Shown in pieces: positions 19,860 to 29,111 of a stretch of 64,000 nt of DNA. The position numbers and the translations under genes are program-made. Each line of letters begins with the position of its first letter. Positions within the stretch are counted from its first letter, which is position 1. The DNA comes from Patiriisocius sp. (lineage in GTDB: Bacteria; Bacteroidota; Bacteroidia; Flavobacteriales; Flavobacteriaceae), in the NCBI GenBank assembly GCA_965656925.1, contig CBFHMO010000001.1:23243-87242 (forward strand), given 5' to 3'. The notes under the pieces were generated by a model. That model did no database searches, was not told where the DNA came from, and saw only the letters and a list, made by a program, of their open reading frames with translations.

Positions 19860-20831
19860 ATGGAAAATGAAAATTTACTTAATGTAGCATTATCTCAAAT
19901 TGCCCCTGTATGGTTAGACAAAGAGGCCACGCTGCAAAAAATATATTTCCAAATACAACAAGCGGCAACTCGTAACACAGAACTTATTGTTTTTGGTGAG
20001 GGAGTGTTGCCAGGCTACCCGTTTTGGCTTGCCTTGGCAGATGGCGCCCACTGGAATACTTCCCTAAATAAAGAGCTTTATGCTCATTATCTTCGTAATT
20101 CTATCACCATAGAAAATGGTGATTTAGACCACATATGCGCTTTGGCAAAAAAACATCACATGGCAATCTATTTGGGTATTATAGAGCGCCCATTAGATAG
20201 AGGTGGCCATAGTGTTTACGCCTCTTTGGTGTATGTTAATCAACAAGGTGAAATTCAATCTGTACACCGCAAATTACAACCCACCTATGATGAGCGTTTG
20301 GCATGGGCACCCGGAGATGGAAACGGCCTGAAAGTGCACTCACTCAAACAATTTACCTTAGGTGGGCTAAACTGCTGGGAAAACTGGATGCCTTTGCCAA
20401 GAGCCGCTTTATATGGGCAAGGCGAGAACCTGCACGTTGCTGTCTGGCCAGGAAGCGATCATAACACCAAAGATATAACCAGATTTATAGCAAGAGAGTC
20501 TCGCAGTTTCGTGATTTCTGTTTCTGCCTTGATGTCTAAAAGTGATTTTCCTTTACAGACTCCTCATTATTCAAAAATCACAGAAAATTGCCCAGATATA
20601 TTGGCAAATGGAGGTAGCTGTATTGCAGGTCCAGATGGCGAGTGGATTTTGGAGCCAGACATCCACACAGATGGGAATATCTACCAAACCCTAGATTTTA
20701 ATAAAGTCTACCAAGAGCGCCATAATTTTGATCCTGTAGGGCATTATTCTCGACCAGATGTCACCAAATTAACGGTAAATACACAGCGGCAATCTACCAT
20801 TAGTCTTGTTGATTCTAAAGAGCAGTTATAG
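19860..20831 (+). CDS. Nitrilase (carbon-nitrogen hydrolase family)
   Basis: Glu-Lys-Cys triad in FGEGVLPGYP, HRKLQPT and NCWENWMP; DPVGHYSRPDV. Confidence 0.92.
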   Translation: MENENLLNVALSQIAPVWLDKEATLQKIYFQIQQAATRNTELIVFGEGVLPGYPFWLALADGAHWNTSLNKELYAHYLRNSITIENGDLDHICALAKKHHMAIYLGIIERPLDRGGHSVYASLVYVNQQGEIQSVHRKLQPTYDERLAWAPGDGNGLKVHSLKQFTLGGLNCWENWMPLPRAALYGQGENLHVAVWPGSDHNTKDITRFIARESRSFVISVSALMSKSDFPLQTPHYSKITENCPDILANGGSCIAGPDGEWILEPDIHTDGNIYQTLDFNKVYQERHNFDPVGHYSRPDVTKLTVNTQRQSTISLVDSKEQL

Positions 20832-20925
20832 GTTAGGATTTTACTTACCATAGGTTCTTTATTTACACCATTTTTGTTTCTATTATTGAACATTAAGGAA
20901 TCAATGAAATTATTAAATTAAAGCG

Positions 20926-20933
20926 TATCTTTG
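20926..20933 (+). promoter_or_regulatory. Housekeeping promoter -7 box
   Basis: TATCTTTG followed by CGCCC, 40 nt upstream of the ATG at 20974. Confidence 0.7.
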
Positions 20934-20973
20934 CGCCCAATTTAAAATCACCTGGATTCCAGGAATTTACATC

Positions 20974-21849
20974 ATGAGCAGAAACGATAACAAAACAAAA
21001 GGAGCCAGTAAAGGGCACGGTAAAAACGCGAAGTTTAAAAGCAATGATCGCAATGCAGTGTCTAAGCCAAGGGTTGGAAAATCTAGAGCAGGTGATGTAA
21101 AGCCTAAGGTTGTTGCCCCAAAACCAGCTAGCAAGAAACATGTTGTTGTTGATGGTATTCGATTAAATAAATATATATCTAACAGTGGTATATGTTCTCG
21201 AAGAGAGGCAGACACCTATATAGCTACTGGACTGGTTACCGTAAATGGTAAGATTATAAATGAAATGGGATACAAGGTAAAACTTGAAGATGATGTACGT
21301 TTTGATGGCCGTCGTCTAAATCCAGAACCAATGTCTTATGTGCTTTTAAACAAGCCAAAAGGTTTTGCTACTACCACTAGTGATAGTAAAGGAAACACTG
21401 TTATGGATTTGGTGGCCAATGCCTCCTCTGGGCGTATTACTCCCATTGGGAGATTGGGTAGAAATGCTACGGGGCTCTTGTTTTTCACCAATGATGATAA
21501 ACTCAAAGAGAAGCTCAGTAAAAAAGGAATGGAACGATTGTTTCATGTAGAGTTAGACAAGAACCTAAAAGCTGCAGATTTAAAGGAAATTTCTGAAGGA
21601 ATTCAGATAGGACCAAAGAAAATACAGATTGAAGAAATAAGCTATGTAGACAACAAACCAAAAAAAGAAATTGGTCTAAAAATCAAGCATATGGGTAATA
21701 GTGTGATTCGTGAAATATTTGATCATTTAGGATATAATATTTTGCGTTTAGACTGTGTTACTTTGGCACATTTAACCAAGAAAGACCTTCCAAGAGGACG
21801 CTGGAAAACACTTACTAAAGAAGAATTAGAACTTTTTTCTATGCTCTAG
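20974..21849 (+). CDS. S4-domain RsuA/RluB-family pseudouridine synthase homologue, catalytic Asp absent
   Basis: S4 domain RLNKYISNSGICSRREAD; motif I LLNKPKG; motif II reads GRLGRNATGLL instead of GRLD. Confidence 0.88.
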   Translation: MSRNDNKTKGASKGHGKNAKFKSNDRNAVSKPRVGKSRAGDVKPKVVAPKPASKKHVVVDGIRLNKYISNSGICSRREADTYIATGLVTVNGKIINEMGYKVKLEDDVRFDGRRLNPEPMSYVLLNKPKGFATTTSDSKGNTVMDLVANASSGRITPIGRLGRNATGLLFFTNDDKLKEKLSKKGMERLFHVELDKNLKAADLKEISEGIQIGPKKIQIEEISYVDNKPKKEIGLKIKHMGNSVIREIFDHLGYNILRLDCVTLAHLTKKDLPRGRWKTLTKEELELFSML

Positions 21850-21875
21850 AACCTAGAAATAACATTTTTATAAAA

Positions 21876-23198
21876 TTATAGTACAACTCCCTTTTTAGGG
21901 AGTTTTTTTATTACTAGTTCCCAAATCGCTACACTGATTACCACACTATATTCTAGGGCAACTAGTAGTAGGTTTTCATTAAATCCAGTTGCGGTATAGG
22001 CTGCATAACTAAAACAAATCATAAAGCTCCACAGCAGCGCAAACTTATATTTGGTAAAAACACTAAGAAGCACAGGAGTTGCAATATACCAGGGATGCAC
22101 CGTTGTAGCCAATAAAAAGTATATAGACACGGCCAGCAGCATTCCAGTAATGAGGTTTTGTGTGGTATTGTATTTTCTTAATAAAGAAAGCAGCACAATA
22201 CAAATAAAAACCACAATAGGTAAAATGAGCCCAGCTGTGGCTATGATGTTCCAACCAACTGTTTGAAATCCAATCCAACGTATAATGTAATACACACTTG
22301 CATTAAATTCAAAGCTTTGAAACCATAAACCAATAGTTGCACTAAAATTAGAAATAAAGGTCTTAGAGATAAAGGGCGCAAAACAAAGTGCTATGGTGGC
22401 AAGGGTCACCCAATAAAATGTTTTCATTTTCCAAAAACCTTTACTAAAGAGGCCCTTTGGGGCTAGATATTTATAAAACAGCGGCAGAAAAAGTAAAGGC
22501 AATAACTTTACAGAAACAGAAACTCCAAGTGCTATTGCTGCCACCACCCATCTTTTTTTATCTAGCAGGTACAATGACCAAATCACAAAAAAGAGCATCA
22601 CTCCTTCAAAGTGCAAATTTCCGGTAAGTTCTATAATGATAAAAGGGTTTAAGAAATACCAAAAAATATTTTTTACTGGTAGCTTCAGTCTTTCTAATAG
22701 TTTTTTCCCGAAATATAATATGCCCAAATCTGCCCCAATGATTAGTATGCGCAAGACTATTACAGAGCCAAGTATAGATGTTTTTGCAAACAGGGCTGCT
22801 AAGGCAAAACACAGTTGGTTAATTGGCGGGTAGTTACTATAATGGCTCGCATTTAGACTCCCCATGCCTTGGATAAGCATCTGGGCATTTGAGATAGCCT
22901 CTAAAGAAGTTAGCGCAGTAGCTTTAAGCAATCCATTTGCTAGTTGTTCTGGGCTAAATACATAGGGGTTTATTCCTAAAACAAGGAGCCTTCCATCCCA
23001 AATAAAGCGATAAAAGTCTTGAGAGAGGTTCGGTATACTAGGCAAAAATAAAATCCTTGCTGTTATGCCGATAACCGCCCATACCCAAAAATTAAATCGT
23101 GTGTGTTGAATGATTTTCCAAGCCCCGTAAAACAAACCACTGTATAAAAGCAGTAGGGTTAAAAAATCACTCCTGTTTAGAAAATAAGCAAAAAACAA
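21876..23198 (-). CDS. GT-C fold (GT87/mannosyltransferase-like) polytopic glycosyltransferase
   Basis: LSQDFYRFIWDG, NYPP, LNPFIIIELTGNLHFEG, HPWY; many TM helices. The true start is probably ~60 nt further upstream. Confidence 0.8.
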   Translation of the reverse strand: MFFAYFLNRSDFLTLLLLYSGLFYGAWKIIQHTRFNFWVWAVIGITARILFLPSIPNLSQDFYRFIWDGRLLVLGINPYVFSPEQLANGLLKATALTSLEAISNAQMLIQGMGSLNASHYSNYPPINQLCFALAALFAKTSILGSVIVLRILIIGADLGILYFGKKLLERLKLPVKNIFWYFLNPFIIIELTGNLHFEGVMLFFVIWSLYLLDKKRWVVAAIALGVSVSVKLLPLLFLPLFYKYLAPKGLFSKGFWKMKTFYWVTLATIALCFAPFISKTFISNFSATIGLWFQSFEFNASVYYIIRWIGFQTVGWNIIATAGLILPIVVFICIVLLSLLRKYNTTQNLITGMLLAVSIYFLLATTVHPWYIATPVLLSVFTKYKFALLWSFMICFSYAAYTATGFNENLLLVALEYSVVISVAIWELVIKKLPKKGVVL

Positions 23199-23307
23199 AT
23201 ACAGTACTACACTCCCCAGGCCAGGAATTAAAAGAGGGCTGTATTTGAGTATACTTTTAATAATACATTTTGGTTTTTAGTGACAACAGCCTAGCATTGG
23301 TGTTATA

Positions 23308-24465
23308 TTAGTCTTGCCACTGAGCAATAAATAGGTTGGTGTCTCTGCCGCCTCCATTGTTTCTATTGGAAGAGAAAGCCAAGTATTTACCATCATTGCT
23401 AAAAACAGGAAAGGCATCAAATGTTTGCCCATGGGTTACTCGCTCTAAGTTTTTACCGTCTAGGTCTATTAAATACAAATTAAAAGGGAACCCTCGCTCT
23501 GCCTCGTGATTGCTGCTGAATAAAATTTTCTCTCCACTGGGATGAAAAAACGGACTCCAGTTTGCATTCCCTAAATTGGTGAGTTGTTTAAGGTTACCAC
23601 CATCAGCATCACAGATATATAACTCCATGTCTACAGGCTCCACAAGCCCCTCAGCCAGAAGGTCTTTATATTTTTTAATCTCAGCGGGAGTTTTTGGTCG
23701 GGAAGATCTAAATATTAATTTAGTTCCATCTGGCGAGAAAAATGCCCCTCCATCATAGCCCAATTCATTGGTGATTTGTTTTACATCGCTGCCATCAATA
23801 TTCATGGTATAGAGTTCAAGATCACCACTACGGGTTGAGGTAAATACAATTTTATCTCCCATTGGAGATACTGTGGCCTCTGCATCATAACCAGGTTCTG
23901 TGGTTAGTTGCGCTGTGATGTTACCTTGTAAATCTGCCACAAATATGTCAAAGCTGTCATAGACTGGCCATACATAATTTCCATTTTTTCTCAGTGGGAC
24001 CTCTGGGCAATTCTCATCAACTAAGTGCGTGCTTCCATAGACATAATGTTTGTTGTCTGGCAAGAAATAAGCGCAGGTAGTTCTTCCCTTCCCGGTAGAG
24101 ATCATTGGAGGCCTAGTGTCTTTAAATGTTTGGGCTGCATCCATTAAAAACATTTGGTCACACCCTACATTCCAGTCTTTAAAATTAGATTGAAAAACCA
24201 ATTGTTTGTCATCAAAGCTCCAATAGGCTTCAGCGTTATCTCCACCAAAGGTTACTTGACGTATGTTTTTAAGATGTACTTCTTCTGGATATATGAGCGT
24301 GTCTTGTGTAATAGGATCCAGCACTGTTTCCCGAACACCACCCGTCAGACTTAGCGCTTTGTTTGCCCTTGCAGTTGGCTGCGTTGAAGCTTCTGTTTTT
24401 TCTTGGGTGTTGTTTTTACAAGAAAGTAGAAAACAAAAAATGGCTAGGGTAGTTAGGTATCTCAT
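23308..24465 (-). CDS. TolB-like beta-propeller (PD40 repeat) lipoprotein
   Basis: Lipobox LLSC; repeats EAYWSFDDKQLVFQS, EATVSPMGDKIVFTS, AFFSPDGTKLIFRS, PVFSNDGKYLAFSS. Confidence 0.88.
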   Translation of the reverse strand: MRYLTTLAIFCFLLSCKNNTQEKTEASTQPTARANKALSLTGGVRETVLDPITQDTLIYPEEVHLKNIRQVTFGGDNAEAYWSFDDKQLVFQSNFKDWNVGCDQMFLMDAAQTFKDTRPPMISTGKGRTTCAYFLPDNKHYVYGSTHLVDENCPEVPLRKNGNYVWPVYDSFDIFVADLQGNITAQLTTEPGYDAEATVSPMGDKIVFTSTRSGDLELYTMNIDGSDVKQITNELGYDGGAFFSPDGTKLIFRSSRPKTPAEIKKYKDLLAEGLVEPVDMELYICDADGGNLKQLTNLGNANWSPFFHPSGEKILFSSNHEAERGFPFNLYLIDLDGKNLERVTHGQTFDAFPVFSNDGKYLAFSSNRNNGGGRDTNLFIAQWQD

Positions 24466-24495
24466 ATTTCAGTAATTTTGTACAAAAATAAGGAT

Positions 24496-25734
24496 ATGCG
24501 TTTAGTTATAATAGGATTGATGATGCTCTTTGTGGTTTCTTGCCAGCAAACACCCAATAAAGAAGTAACCATGAAACAAGATGTGGCTGTTTTGGCTGCA
24601 GATCAAATGGGAGGTAGGCAAACAGGTACTCCCGGAGAGTTGCTTGCTGCCGCTTACATTATAGAACGTTTTTCTGCCATCGGATTAACTCCAAAAGGTA
24701 GTGAAGGACTCTTTACTCAAACATTTTCTTTTACCCCGAGTGCAAATCCTCATGAGCAATCAGAATTTACAAACATTCAAAAAGATGGTTCTGTTACTGG
24801 AACTAATGTCATTGGCTATATAAACAACAATGCCACAACTACCGTAATTATTGGCGCCCATTATGATCATTTAGGTATGGGCGGCGAAGGTTCTTTAGAT
24901 AGAGAAAAGCCTGCTATCCATAATGGCGCAGATGACAATGCAAGTGGTATTGCCATATTATTGGCTCTTGCCGAAAAGCTAAAAAATCAATCTCCTACAA
25001 TAACTCAAAATAACTACTTGTTTATGGCATTTTCTGGAGAAGAAATGGGCCTGCTTGGATCTAATTATTTTGTAAAAACACCAACCATTGACACCAAAAA
25101 GGTAAGCTACATGATTAACATGGATATGGTAGGAAGGCTCAATAAAAAGCAGACTCTTGCAGTGTATGGAGTAGGGACCTCTTCACTTTTTAAACAAACC
25201 TTGTTTGCCAACAACGATCAAGGCTTAACAATTAATGAGCATCAAAGTGGTGTTGGCCCCAGTGACCACACTTCTTTTTATCTAGCAGACATCCCTGTGT
25301 TACATTTTTTTACAGGACAACACGCAGATTACCACAAGCCTGGTGATGATCCAGAGAAACTAAACTATGAGGGTATGGAGCGTATCTCAAACTATATCCT
25401 AAACATTGTTACAGATTTGGATGATGCAGGGCAACTGGTCTTTAAAAAGACTAAAAACGAAAGTGAGGAGGTACCCATGTTTAAAGTGGCATTGGGCGTT
25501 GTGCCAGATTATTTATTTAATGGGCAGGGCATGCGCATTGATGGTATTAGTGAAGGCAAACCAGCTCAAAAAGCCGAACTACAACGCGGAGATATTGTTG
25601 TGAAACTGGGTACAATTGACACCCCAGATATGATGTCTTACATGAAGGCCTTGGCAAGTTTTGAGGTAGGAGCAACCACAACAGTGACTGTCAATAGAGA
25701 TGGCGCGCTTATAGAGAGGCAAGTAACCTTTTAA
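24496..25734 (+). CDS. M28 family metallopeptidase lipoprotein with C-terminal PDZ domain
   Basis: GAHYDH, GADDNASG, FSGEEMG, NMDMVG, SDH, DYH; PDZ LGVVPD...G; lipobox VVSC. Start revised to the ATG at 24496. Confidence 0.92.
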   Translation: MRLVIIGLMMLFVVSCQQTPNKEVTMKQDVAVLAADQMGGRQTGTPGELLAAAYIIERFSAIGLTPKGSEGLFTQTFSFTPSANPHEQSEFTNIQKDGSVTGTNVIGYINNNATTTVIIGAHYDHLGMGGEGSLDREKPAIHNGADDNASGIAILLALAEKLKNQSPTITQNNYLFMAFSGEEMGLLGSNYFVKTPTIDTKKVSYMINMDMVGRLNKKQTLAVYGVGTSSLFKQTLFANNDQGLTINEHQSGVGPSDHTSFYLADIPVLHFFTGQHADYHKPGDDPEKLNYEGMERISNYILNIVTDLDDAGQLVFKKTKNESEEVPMFKVALGVVPDYLFNGQGMRIDGISEGKPAQKAELQRGDIVVKLGTIDTPDMMSYMKALASFEVGATTTVTVNRDGALIERQVTF

Positions 25735-25746
25735 GTATTGCCTGAA

Positions 25747-27237
25747 CTAAGCTTTACTTAGCAAGCTTTTAAAGAACACATATCCAAAACCCATACAAAG
25801 CATTAAGTGAAACGGAAACAATCCAAAATCACCACCTTGATCACCCACCACAAAAGCCAAATACATCCCAAATGCGAAGTAGCACATTAACATACCTTCA
25901 AAAATAACATGTACCGATATGTTTTTTTTTAGGTATTTGTTTCCTTCCCATTTATCTTTTAGGGAATTAATGTTAAATTTTGGAGTTCGTACAAAATCAC
26001 TTTTTTTACCTACATGGCCCTCAATAACTGCAATGGTATTGTGTAAAGAAAAGCCCATGGCTACAGAGAAAAAAGCAAAAAACATTCCTACATATTTTAC
26101 AAACTGTTTGAATCCTCCGCCATAGATAGTCTTATAGGTATACCAGTAACAAACAAAGAAAATAAGGGTGCTTACCACAAAGAAACTCATGACAATGAAA
26201 TAGCCTTTTAAAGACTCATATTCATTTTTAATATACAACATAGGAATGCTTAAAATAGCAACCAAAAAGATGTTTAAAAACATAGTGCTATTCAGTAAAT
26301 GAAGCAAGCTGTGTATTTTGGTTTTTGAAGATACATGGTTACTTTTCAAGACACGTCTTGCCATTTTTTGAAAATTCTCTGCACCTCCTTTATTCCACCT
26401 AAATTGTTGAGAACGAGCTGCGCTTATAACAACAGGTAATTCTGCAGGTGTTTCTACCTGTTCTAAGTATTTAAATTTCCAGCTTTTTAGCTGCGCTCTG
26501 TAACTAAGGTCCAAATCTTCTGTTAAGGTGTCTCCTTCCCAGTTGCCAGCATCCAAAATACAGGTACGTCTCCAAACCCCTGCAGTGCCATTAAAGTTGA
26601 TGAAATGCCCCTTGGTGTTTCTCCCAACTTGTTCTAGGGTAAAGTGAGCATCAAGGGCAAAGGCTTGTACTTTTGTGAGCAGAGAGTAATTTTTATTAAT
26701 ATGTCCCCAGCGGGTTTGTACCACGCCAATATTTGAGTCCTTAAAATAGGGTATGGTTCTATATAGCCAGGTCTGTTGAGGCAAAAAATCTGCATCAAAA
26801 ATAGCGATGTACTCTCCCTTGGCTATTTCTAATCCTTGTTTTAGTGCGCCTGCTTTAAAACCAGTTCTATCTTTGCGGGTAATGTGTTTTATGTCCAGTC
26901 CTGTAGCTTGTAGCTGCTTTATTTTTAGGGCCGTTGTTTTAAGTGATTGATCTGTAGAATCATCCAGTACTTGTATTTCCAGTTTCTCTCTTGGGTAATT
27001 AATTTTGGCTATGTTATCAAGCAGCCGCTGCATAACATACATTTCATTATACACCGGAAGTTGGATAGTGACCACTGGAATTTCTTCTGGGTTTTCAAAA
27101 TCAAAAACGGGGCCTTGTGCTGTATTTTTCTTAGCATTTAGGTAGTTAATAAGCAGGTTTAATTGCGCTATTGCATACATAAGTATGAGCAGTAACGAAA
27201 CCGTGTATATGACTACTATAATGCCTTGCAGTATCAT
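25747..27237 (-). CDS. Processive GT2 glycosyltransferase (cellulose synthase-like)
   Basis: QLPVYNE, DDS, FKAG, DADF, FNGTAG, TEDLD, QQFRW (QxxRW); TM helices at both ends. Confidence 0.92.
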   Translation of the reverse strand: MILQGIIVVIYTVSLLLILMYAIAQLNLLINYLNAKKNTAQGPVFDFENPEEIPVVTIQLPVYNEMYVMQRLLDNIAKINYPREKLEIQVLDDSTDQSLKTTALKIKQLQATGLDIKHITRKDRTGFKAGALKQGLEIAKGEYIAIFDADFLPQQTWLYRTIPYFKDSNIGVVQTRWGHINKNYSLLTKVQAFALDAHFTLEQVGRNTKGHFINFNGTAGVWRRTCILDAGNWEGDTLTEDLDLSYRAQLKSWKFKYLEQVETPAELPVVISAARSQQFRWNKGGAENFQKMARRVLKSNHVSSKTKIHSLLHLLNSTMFLNIFLVAILSIPMLYIKNEYESLKGYFIVMSFFVVSTLIFFVCYWYTYKTIYGGGFKQFVKYVGMFFAFFSVAMGFSLHNTIAVIEGHVGKKSDFVRTPKFNINSLKDKWEGNKYLKKNISVHVIFEGMLMCYFAFGMYLAFVVGDQGGDFGLFPFHLMLCMGFGYVFFKSLLSKA

Positions 27238-27929
27238 TTTTTAATGGAATATTTAAAAATCCAAGTTAAGATTTTAACCCCAGCAAAGATAGCACCTTTT
27301 AGGGTTCCCGAAACTTTAGAGACTCCAATTCTGTTGCGGTATTTTACAGGAATTTCTATATAACTATATTTTTGTTTTACTGCTTTTAATTGCATCTCTA
27401 CGGTCCAGCCATAGGTTTTGTCTTCCATGTTTAATGCGAGTAATTTAGAATATTTTATTGCCCTAAAAGGGCCAAGATCTGTAAAGCGTGCACCAAAAAA
27501 AAGTGTCATTAAAGAGGTAGCTAGCCAGTTGCCAAATTTTTGAGGGTAGGTCATGGCGCCCTTCTCCCTTAAATTTTTTGCCCTAGCTCCTATAACAAGG
27601 TCTATATCTTTTTCTATAATTGGGGCTATGAGCTGGGTTAACTGCTGGGGATAATCACTGTAATCACCATCCAAAAATACAATGATATCAGGCTTGGTTT
27701 CTAATGTGGAGATATAGCTCATGCCACTTAAACAGGCATAGCCATAGCCTCTTTTAGGCTCATTTACAACTGTAGCTCCAGCAGTTTTGGCAACCCTTTG
27801 TGTGGCATCTGTAGAGTTGTTATTAACTACTATAATCTCATCAACAATTGGTGGGATGTCTTGAATGACTTTGCCTATGGAGTTTTGTTCATTGTAGGCT
27901 GGAATGATAACCTTAATTATAGTATTCAA
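27234..27929 (-). CDS. GT2 glycosyltransferase, polyprenol-phosphate glycosyltransferase-like
   Basis: IIPAYNE, NNNSTD, GYGYA, FLDGD, TDLGPFRA, R-x-G-x-SK. Confidence 0.9.
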   Translation of the reverse strand: MNTIIKVIIPAYNEQNSIGKVIQDIPPIVDEIIVVNNNSTDATQRVAKTAGATVVNEPKRGYGYACLSGMSYISTLETKPDIIVFLDGDYSDYPQQLTQLIAPIIEKDIDLVIGARAKNLREKGAMTYPQKFGNWLATSLMTLFFGARFTDLGPFRAIKYSKLLALNMEDKTYGWTVEMQLKAVKQKYSYIEIPVKYRNRIGVSKVSGTLKGAIFAGVKILTWIFKYSIKK

Positions 27930-28360
27930 TTGTCTTTTATAGAAATATTGAGTTCTTTTTGTTGTGCAGGTACGATATGCTCATCAAAATACCAGGAAGA
28001 CCATTTCTCTATTGATAAAAATAGACCCACACCTACAAACAGGGTTATAATAATTAGTAGAATTAAATTTTTTCGTTTACTCTTTTTGTCTATGGCGCAT
28101 TGATTTTGTTTTCTTCTAAAAGAATACACACCATAGATACCTATGCAAAGTGCAATCCCTTTTAATACCCATGCACCCGTTCCAGAGCTTCCGTCATCTT
28201 TGTAAAAAAAATCAGCAAAGGATATGGCATACACACCACTCATGAGGCCAAACATAAATAAAATAGCAGGCGCAACACAACATAAAATCCCTGCAATTGC
28301 AGCACTAACAGAATACTTCAAACTCCATTTAATTAAATTTGGTTTTTTTTCTTGCGTCAT
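27926..28360 (-). CDS. Small 3-TM protein with vicinal Cys pair, MerT/MerF-like
   Basis: AGILCCVAP in TM1, a further Cys in the basic loop (RRKQNQC), three hydrophobic segments. Confidence 0.55.
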   Translation of the reverse strand: MTQEKKPNLIKWSLKYSVSAAIAGILCCVAPAILFMFGLMSGVYAISFADFFYKDDGSSGTGAWVLKGIALCIGIYGVYSFRRKQNQCAIDKKSKRKNLILLIIITLFVGVGLFLSIEKWSSWYFDEHIVPAQQKELNISIKDN

Positions 28361-28389
28361 GATGATTTATTAAAGATTACTCAAAGTTA

Positions 28390-29106
28390 CTAAATATGTT
28401 TTTTATAATACGTGTAAATCTCCTCTGCAGACCCACCCAACCATTTTTTTAGATAGATCATCAAAAAGTGATATTGCACCCTCCAGACCCCTTTTTTTTC
28501 ATACAATCTTGAAGAGGTGACAATCCAATGTTGGATGACAACAAATTGCTTGCGTTTGTAGAGTTGGTTGGTGAGTATTTGGTCTTCATAGATAATATAC
28601 TCTTGGTCAAAACCTCCTATTTCATTAAAAAGAGCTTTGGTTATAAATAGACTTTGGTCACCACCCCGGCATATATTCCAATTAAAACGCGTTGCCCAAC
28701 TCACGAGGGCTAACCACCAATGATTGCTGTCAAATCTCATTTTAAAACAACCTGCTAGGTGTTGTTTTTCAATTTCTGAAATAATAAGGCTGTCAAAATT
28801 TTGCGGCGGTAAAGAATCTGCATGTAAAAAATATAAAACGCTGCCTGCACTAGCCTTTGCGCCCGTATTCATTTGTTTAGCTCGCCCTGTTTGTGAGTGT
28901 ATTAGTTGTACAGCAATACTTGAAGTTTTAGAAAATTCTTTGACTAGCGCTGCAGTATTGTCTTGGCTATGACCATCTACAACAATTATTTCTGAAATGT
29001 GACCTCCCGCAGACTTATCATTAAGATGGTCCAGGAGCCTATTTATATTTGCAGCCTCATTTAAAACAGGAATGATAATACTAATACTGTTTGCAGCTAT
29101 TGCCAT
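28390..29106 (-). CDS. TIGR04283-type arsenosugar biosynthesis-associated GT2 glycosyltransferase
   Basis: IIIPVLNEA, VVDG, GRAKQMNTGA, FLHADS, GDQSLF, TSSR; cluster context. Confidence 0.88.
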   Translation of the reverse strand: MAIAANSISIIIPVLNEAANINRLLDHLNDKSAGGHISEIIVVDGHSQDNTAALVKEFSKTSSIAVQLIHSQTGRAKQMNTGAKASAGSVLYFLHADSLPPQNFDSLIISEIEKQHLAGCFKMRFDSNHWWLALVSWATRFNWNICRGGDQSLFITKALFNEIGGFDQEYIIYEDQILTNQLYKRKQFVVIQHWIVTSSRLYEKKGVWRVQYHFLMIYLKKWLGGSAEEIYTYYKKHI

Positions 29107-29111
29107 AGGTT

